Part shown: piece after piece, positions 34,166-39,385 of the stretch
Numbering within the stretch: position 1 is the stretch's first letter
Layout of the letters: every line of letters begins with the position of its first letter
IMG/VR virus record: IMGVR_UViG_3300032279_000249
Coordinates: 1-39,385 of that record
DNA length: 39,385 bases
Reading direction: 5' to 3' (one strand)
Source of the DNA: a virus
Lineage: Duplodnaviria; Caudoviricetes
Translations under genes and position numbers: made by a program
The notes under the pieces: generated by a model
Told to the model about the DNA's origin: nothing
The model's input: only the letters and a program-made list of their open reading frames with translations
The model's database searches: none

Positions 34166-34203
34166 CATTGACTATCCTGAGGCTGCAACTTTGAGGAAAT
34201 AAT

Positions 34204-34701
34204 ATGCCTGCTTTTACACCCAATCAAACTACTGCACCTCTGACATTTGTCGTAACAAGAACAGCACAGGTGACGGTTCCTTTAACCGTCACCGCATCAT
34301 CAGCTTACGTTGCAAATAACTCGGTGGGTGGTCTTATCAGGTTCAGAAACATTACTGGACCACAACAGAGCGGCATTGTTCAGAACGTGACTGTTCTTTC
34401 GCAGTCAGTTCAAACGACTGGTTATAAGTTGTATTTGTTCAACGATATTCCGGGAAGCACAACTGTTGCTGATAAGGCGACACCATCACTGAATGCTGTC
34501 GATCTACCGAAGTTGTTAAACGTAATAACTCTTGGATCTGCTGATTCAACAATTAGTAAGACTATCAATGTCACTAATGGCACTGGTGTAGGTTTTATTA
34601 CAACAACACAAACGTTATATGGCGTTCTAGTTACTACTGGCACTCCGACGTATACAGCAGCAACCGATATAACAATTACAATGACCGTATTGCAGGATTG
34701 A
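34204..34701 (+). CDS. Putative virion structural protein (Thr-rich, beta-rich)
   Basis: 165-aa ORF with GAGG SD, in the structural operon. Confidence 0.75.
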   Translation: MPAFTPNQTTAPLTFVVTRTAQVTVPLTVTASSAYVANNSVGGLIRFRNITGPQQSGIVQNVTVLSQSVQTTGYKLYLFNDIPGSTTVADKATPSLNAVDLPKLLNVITLGSADSTISKTINVTNGTGVGFITTTQTLYGVLVTTGTPTYTAATDITITMTVLQD

Positions 34702-34702
34702 T

Positions 34703-35524
34703 ATGACGAGATATTATGGTGCTAGGAGGGCTCTATTAAGTTCTACAGTTGGCGGTTACACTGGTACAATTTCGTATAGTCTTGGTATTGGTCCTGCCGG
34801 TGGCTCTGGCGCTTCAAATGGTACTACAGGCGGGCAAAGTACCTTAACATATTTCGCTGTATCTTTAGTTGCAGGTGGTGGCGCCGGTGGTTCATATAAT
34901 ACAGGATCTGCCGCCGCTGGTGGTATTGCTATGGGTGGAACTGCAAATGCCACGGGTGGTAATGGGTCTGGTGCTACAGGTGATACCGGTGGTGGCGGCG
35001 GCGGTGGTATCAATGGAGGTACACCTACCGGCACTGGCGTTTCCAGTGGTGCTACAGGCGGCAGTGCGGTTGATTTCAACGGTCTCAGCGACGCTCTTAC
35101 AGGAACTGGATATGTTCTTGGCATCGGCGGAGCCGGAAGCACCGCAGGCAGTTCAGGAACTGCAAACATTAATAATGGCACAACCGTGGCTAGCACTTCT
35201 ATTGGAGCAGGCGGCGGTGGTGCCGGATTTTATGGCGGTAACGGTGGTACTGGTGGTCCTGGTGGAGGCGGTGGCGGCGCTGCAGGTTATACTGGCACTC
35301 AGACAGGCGGAACAGGTGGCAGTGGTATATTGATTTTACAATTCAATAATTCCACAACAGTTGTTTTAACCTCAGGAACTTCTTATTCCATACCAGCTGG
35401 CACAAATACGATGAAAGCCTGGTTGATAGGAGCTGGTGGAAGCGGGGCCGGTTCGCCAGCTACCGATGGTACTTCCGGTGGTGCTGGTGGTGCTGGTGGT
35501 ATCTCTTACTATTCATGGACTTAA
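34703..35524 (+). CDS. Glycine-rich virion/tail-fibre adhesin-like protein
   Basis: 273 aa with multiple GGGGGG/GAGG motifs and ...GGSGILILQF and IGAGGSG segments typical of polyglycine-rich phage domains. Confidence 0.8.
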   Translation: MTRYYGARRALLSSTVGGYTGTISYSLGIGPAGGSGASNGTTGGQSTLTYFAVSLVAGGGAGGSYNTGSAAAGGIAMGGTANATGGNGSGATGDTGGGGGGGINGGTPTGTGVSSGATGGSAVDFNGLSDALTGTGYVLGIGGAGSTAGSSGTANINNGTTVASTSIGAGGGGAGFYGGNGGTGGPGGGGGGAAGYTGTQTGGTGGSGILILQFNNSTTVVLTSGTSYSIPAGTNTMKAWLIGAGGSGAGSPATDGTSGGAGGAGGISYYSWT

Positions 35525-35715
35525 ATAACAAAAACAATAGAGTGGTAAAATGACAAACACACTTGCTCTACATAAAGTGAGCGTTACTAGCATACAGCGT
35601 GCAGCATGCTGTGTTGTCTCATTAAGCATGTTTGATCTATTTTATTGGATCCAGGACCAAACTGTTATGATGTACTGGACTTGCCCGCAACCATTATTTG
35701 GCAGGAGACGCACAT

Positions 35716-37089
35716 ATGACCAGTTCACGTAATTTATCCAATCTGGCTCTGGGGGCTAACACCCTGGGTGTGGTAAGTCCTGCTTATGGTGGTACAGGCA
35801 CATCCACCACATTCACGCTGGGTTCTGTGGTGTTTGCTGGATCGTCTGGTGTGTACACCCAGGCCAATTCACAGCTCTTTTGGGACAACGCAAACAACAG
35901 GCTGGGTATTGGAACAGCTACACCTAGCACAAAACTTGATGTGCAGGGCAATACAGCCATTACCGGCAGCCTGGATGTCAATGGCTTAATTAGAGGTCAA
36001 GCTTCTGCCTTGAGTGGCGATGTTCTTCTTATCGGCGACAATACTAAACTAGTTGATATTAACGTGCTGGATACTGTTGGTCTATACAGCCAATCAACTC
36101 CAACCATAGGCTCTTTAAAGTTGGGCAGTGGTGGTGGCACAATTTCCGGTTATAATGGTAATATTGGTATTGGCACAACTTCTCCTGGAAATCGGCTGGA
36201 AGTTTCTGGTAGTGGTATTCAAACAGTTAGAGCAATAACCACCGATACAAGTGGAATTAATATTGCTAGATTTACAGCAGAATTTACAGGAGGTGGCGGT
36301 GGTGTTACTTCCGCTTTAGATATTCGTGCAGGTGATAATTATACTTTTCTTGATGCCAGAACAAACACTCCTTTATTGATTGGGACCAATGATACGGAAC
36401 GAATGCGTATTACTTCTGACGGTAGAGTAGGCATTGGAACATCTTCTCCCGCAGCAAAATTGCACGTAGTTGGTGGTAGTAGGATAGATGGCGACCTCAC
36501 GATTTTAAATGGTGGTGGTGGAGAAGGTGGACAGCTTACGCTGCTAAACCCTGACAACACTACCCTGGGTTTATGCGTTGATGTTATTGCTGAAAATTTT
36601 TCAAGAATATTTTCTATCGCAAACAATATGATCATGCAAATTGGCCAATTAGGTGGCACAGGCGGATTCATTGGATTATATACCGCAGGTTCTGAACGTA
36701 TGCGCATTGACAGCAGCGGCAACGTGGGTATTGGCACAAGCTCTCCTGGCGCAAAGCTTGATCTAGCCGGTAACTACAAAGAAGGTGTGGTCACAGCCAA
36801 CACCAGCACTGCTTACACCATCTCTATTGCAACTGGCACACTGCAAATTCTCACTCTCACAGGAAACTGCACATTCACCTTTCCCACCCCCACAGCAGGA
36901 CAGTCTTTTACTATTTTCTTAAAACAGGATGCCACAGGCGGCAGAACTGCAACTTGGCCAGCCAGTGTCCAGTGGCCCAGTAGCACAGCGCCCACCATCA
37001 CCAGCACCATAAGCAAAGGCGACAAGTTTGTGTTCACAGCTGATGGTACCTATTGGTGGGGTTCAAATGCAGGGCAGAATTATCTGTAA
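35716..37089 (+). CDS. Tail fibre protein
   Basis: AGGAG SD before ATG 35716. Repeated NVGIGTSSP..KL.V and ERMRI.S.G fibre repeats, and C-terminal LKQDATGGRT.TWP.SV.WP...PT. Confidence 0.85.
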   Translation: MTSSRNLSNLALGANTLGVVSPAYGGTGTSTTFTLGSVVFAGSSGVYTQANSQLFWDNANNRLGIGTATPSTKLDVQGNTAITGSLDVNGLIRGQASALSGDVLLIGDNTKLVDINVLDTVGLYSQSTPTIGSLKLGSGGGTISGYNGNIGIGTTSPGNRLEVSGSGIQTVRAITTDTSGINIARFTAEFTGGGGGVTSALDIRAGDNYTFLDARTNTPLLIGTNDTERMRITSDGRVGIGTSSPAAKLHVVGGSRIDGDLTILNGGGGEGGQLTLLNPDNTTLGLCVDVIAENFSRIFSIANNMIMQIGQLGGTGGFIGLYTAGSERMRIDSSGNVGIGTSSPGAKLDLAGNYKEGVVTANTSTAYTISIATGTLQILTLTGNCTFTFPTPTAGQSFTIFLKQDATGGRTATWPASVQWPSSTAPTITSTISKGDKFVFTADGTYWWGSNAGQNYL

Positions 37090-39074
37090 TGTTTAGCGCA
37101 AATACAACTCAAGTTTCGACCGCCGCGACCGCCGCGATCTACATTGAGGACGTGTTCAGCACGTACCTCTACACCGGCAACGGCTCCACGCAGACAATCA
37201 CGAACGGAATTGATCTGTCAGGCAAAGGTGGGTTGGTTTGGATTAAGGGCCGTACTATTGGGTTTAACCACGCATTGTTTGATACGGCTCGCGGTGTCAC
37301 GCAATTGCTTCAAACAGACAATAATAACACGCAAGCGCCTCAAGCAACCGCCGTAACCGCTTTTAACTCAAATGGTTTTGCATCAGGCTCAAGCATATTT
37401 ACAAATTTCAATACAACCAATTACGCCTCTTGGACCTTCCGCGAGCAGCCAAAGTTCTTTGACATCGTAACCTACACTGGCACAGGCGCTAACCGCACCA
37501 TTGCCCACAACCTAGGTTCAGTGCCGGGCTGCATTTTTGTAAAGCGCACTGATGCTGAGAGTACTTGGTGTGTTTATCACAACTCTCTAACATATGCGAA
37601 TGGAACTGGGGTTTTTGGTACAACCAAAGCAGGTGAAAATGCACTATTTCTTAACACCATAGGTCTTGCAAACGACAACATTACATATTGGAATAATACC
37701 GACGCAACCAGCGCCAATTTTTCGCTCGGCACCATTGCCGATGTCAATGCTAATGGCGGAACTTATGTTGCATATTTATTTGCTAATAATGCTGGTGGAT
37801 TTGGTGCGTCGGGGTTAGATAATGTTATAAGTTGTAGTTTTTATGTTGGCAATGGGACTTCAAATTATTCTAAAACAATTAATTTGGGTTGGGAGCCTCA
37901 GTTTGTTTTAGTAAAAAGAACCTCACAAGTTTCCGATACTGTTGGTTGGGGAATTGCAGATAATATGCGCGGTTTTACAGTAAGCTCAAATACAAATTGG
38001 TTGCTTGCAAACACCACTGCTGCTGAAAGTACTTTGGGCGGAGAGTCTATCCGTATTACTAACACTGGTTTTAATGTGGCAAATGCACAATGGAACCAAA
38101 ACACCGCCGGTTACATCTACATCGCCATTCGTCGCGGCCCCATGAAGACGCCCACTGTTGGGACGAGTGTTTATACATCTGCTTCGCGTACTGGGACTGC
38201 CAGCGTTATGCCTAGGTGGGTTGCTGGTTTTCCTGTCGATTGGGCTATTCGCAAGTCAGATGTCACGACTGGGGGAGGGGACTGGCAGGCTGGAGATCGT
38301 CTTCGCGGAGCGGTGCAAGTTAAACCAAATTTAACAGAAGTAGAAACTGCCGCGTCTCCGTTGTATATTTTTGATGGGATGACAGGATATTCAACATTAG
38401 GGGCGGCAGGATCAGATTCGGGTGATCGGTCTTGGATGTTCCGCCGCGCCCCCGGCTTCTTTGATGTAGTGTGCTATACGGGGGATGGCGGTAGTAACCG
38501 TTCTCTTTCTCACAACCTTATGTCAATACCAGAGTTGATTTTTTTTAAACGTTGTAATGGAAGTGGTGATTGGATTGTGTCTGCCGCCACCCAGGTTGGT
38601 AAAGGCGCGTTATTAAACACTACAGACTCATTTTTTACAAATGCAAATGCAGCAGGGTCTTCACCTTGGACACAATCAACAATTTATATTAAAAATCCGG
38701 GCTTTGACAGTCAAGCTACCAATGGTCTTGGTGATACCTACGTTGCCTACCTGTTTGCCACGGTCGCAGGAGTTTCCAAAGTGGGTTCCTACACCGGCAC
38801 AGGCGCAACCCTGACCGTTAACTGCGGCTTCACAACAGGTGCGAGGTTTGTCCTCATCAAGCGCACCGATTTGGTTGGCGACTGGTATGTGTGGGACAGT
38901 GCACGTGGCATAATCGCCGGCAATGATCCCTACCTACTCTTGAACAGCTCGGCTGCCGAAGTCACCAGCACCAACTATGTGGATACAGACAGCACAGGCT
39001 TTAAAGTCACAGCGGCAGCGCCAGCGGCTTTGAACGCCAGCGGCGGCACATACATATTTTTAGCAATCGCGTAG
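37089..39074 (+). CDS. Tail-fibre-associated protein with repeated YTGNG/YTGTG domains
   Basis: TAATG overlap (start MFSANTTQV). Repeated FFD.V.YTG.G...I.HNL...P..I..KR modules; ends YIFLAIA. Confidence 0.85.
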   Translation: MFSANTTQVSTAATAAIYIEDVFSTYLYTGNGSTQTITNGIDLSGKGGLVWIKGRTIGFNHALFDTARGVTQLLQTDNNNTQAPQATAVTAFNSNGFASGSSIFTNFNTTNYASWTFREQPKFFDIVTYTGTGANRTIAHNLGSVPGCIFVKRTDAESTWCVYHNSLTYANGTGVFGTTKAGENALFLNTIGLANDNITYWNNTDATSANFSLGTIADVNANGGTYVAYLFANNAGGFGASGLDNVISCSFYVGNGTSNYSKTINLGWEPQFVLVKRTSQVSDTVGWGIADNMRGFTVSSNTNWLLANTTAAESTLGGESIRITNTGFNVANAQWNQNTAGYIYIAIRRGPMKTPTVGTSVYTSASRTGTASVMPRWVAGFPVDWAIRKSDVTTGGGDWQAGDRLRGAVQVKPNLTEVETAASPLYIFDGMTGYSTLGAAGSDSGDRSWMFRRAPGFFDVVCYTGDGGSNRSLSHNLMSIPELIFFKRCNGSGDWIVSAATQVGKGALLNTTDSFFTNANAAGSSPWTQSTIYIKNPGFDSQATNGLGDTYVAYLFATVAGVSKVGSYTGTGATLTVNCGFTTGARFVLIKRTDLVGDWYVWDSARGIIAGNDPYLLLNSSAAEVTSTNYVDTDSTGFKVTAAAPAALNASGGTYIFLAIA

Positions 39075-39082
39075 AGGAAACT

Positions 39083-39385
39083 ATGGAAATCAGATTGAGA
39101 AACACAGGAGAAGTGATCACGAACAGAGAGTTTCGCGCGCTTCATCCCACCACCAGCTTCCCTCCTCAGCTTTTCGAAGAGCTATTGGATAGCTTTGACG
39201 CTGATGTGATCTTTGAAGGGCCGCAGCCAGCAGCAACCAGATACCAGTTTGTCGCGCGCCAGGGCGTGATACAAATGGCTGATGGGAATTGGTATAGGAA
39301 CTATGTCGCTATTAACATGAGTGACGAAGCCAAGGACGCTCTTGATGCCCAACAGGCGGCTTCAGTGCGTGCAGATCGGAATATG
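39083..39385 (+). CDS. Putative tail fibre assembly chaperone (partial; runs off window)
   Basis: GAGG SD then MEIRLRNTGEVITNREFRALHPTTSFPPQL...DAQQAASVRADRN. The vR..Rn motif and position after fibre genes are typical. Confidence 0.65.
   Translation, partial: MEIRLRNTGEVITNREFRALHPTTSFPPQLFEELLDSFDADVIFEGPQPAATRYQFVARQGVIQMADGNWYRNYVAINMSDEAKDALDAQQAASVRADRNM

Noticed and set aside
35525-35715. Intergenic region with a 10-bp hairpin (ATACAGCGTG-CAG-CATGCTGTGT), a weak stem over the SD, and the 60-aa ORF 35550-35732
   Set aside because: Only isolated short stems and no recognisable riboswitch pattern; the ORF has no convincing features. Too weak to call.
37089-39074. Diversity-generating retroelement target in the distal fibre genes
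   Set aside because: No reverse transcriptase and no template/variable repeat pair differing at adenines was seen in the window.

Overview
This window looks like part of a large (jumbo-type) dsDNA tailed phage genome in the standard genetic code. Left (1-10002, minus strand): virion/fibre genes, namely a collagen-like G-P-T/G-X-S repeat protein that runs off the window (missed by the ORF track), a 112-aa protein and a 2269-aa structural protein. Middle (10.1-27.6 kb): host-takeover and accessory genes. These are PhoH, a SpoU/TrmH RNA methyltransferase, ClpP, IF-1, a minus-strand sugar-nucleotide/glycosyltransferase cluster, a holin-like TM+GAF protein, a class B DnaJ and ClpA. Right (27.7-39.4 kb): collagen-like and tail-fibre genes ending in a fibre chaperone. 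Two things stand out. (1) clpA is broken inside the second Walker A motif (GPSGVGK|TELAK) by a naturally split intein with an atypical split (42-aa IntN, 137-aa IntC). An antisense GIY-YIG-like endonuclease gene lies between the halves, and its complementary strand stays stop-free for about 885 nt right up to the IntC ribosome-binding site. (2) A ~500-nt intergenic region (12264-12763) folds into nested long-range stems, many hairpins and a probable pseudoknot, which suggests a large structured ncRNA. All family assignments come from motif recognition by eye; no database searches were run.
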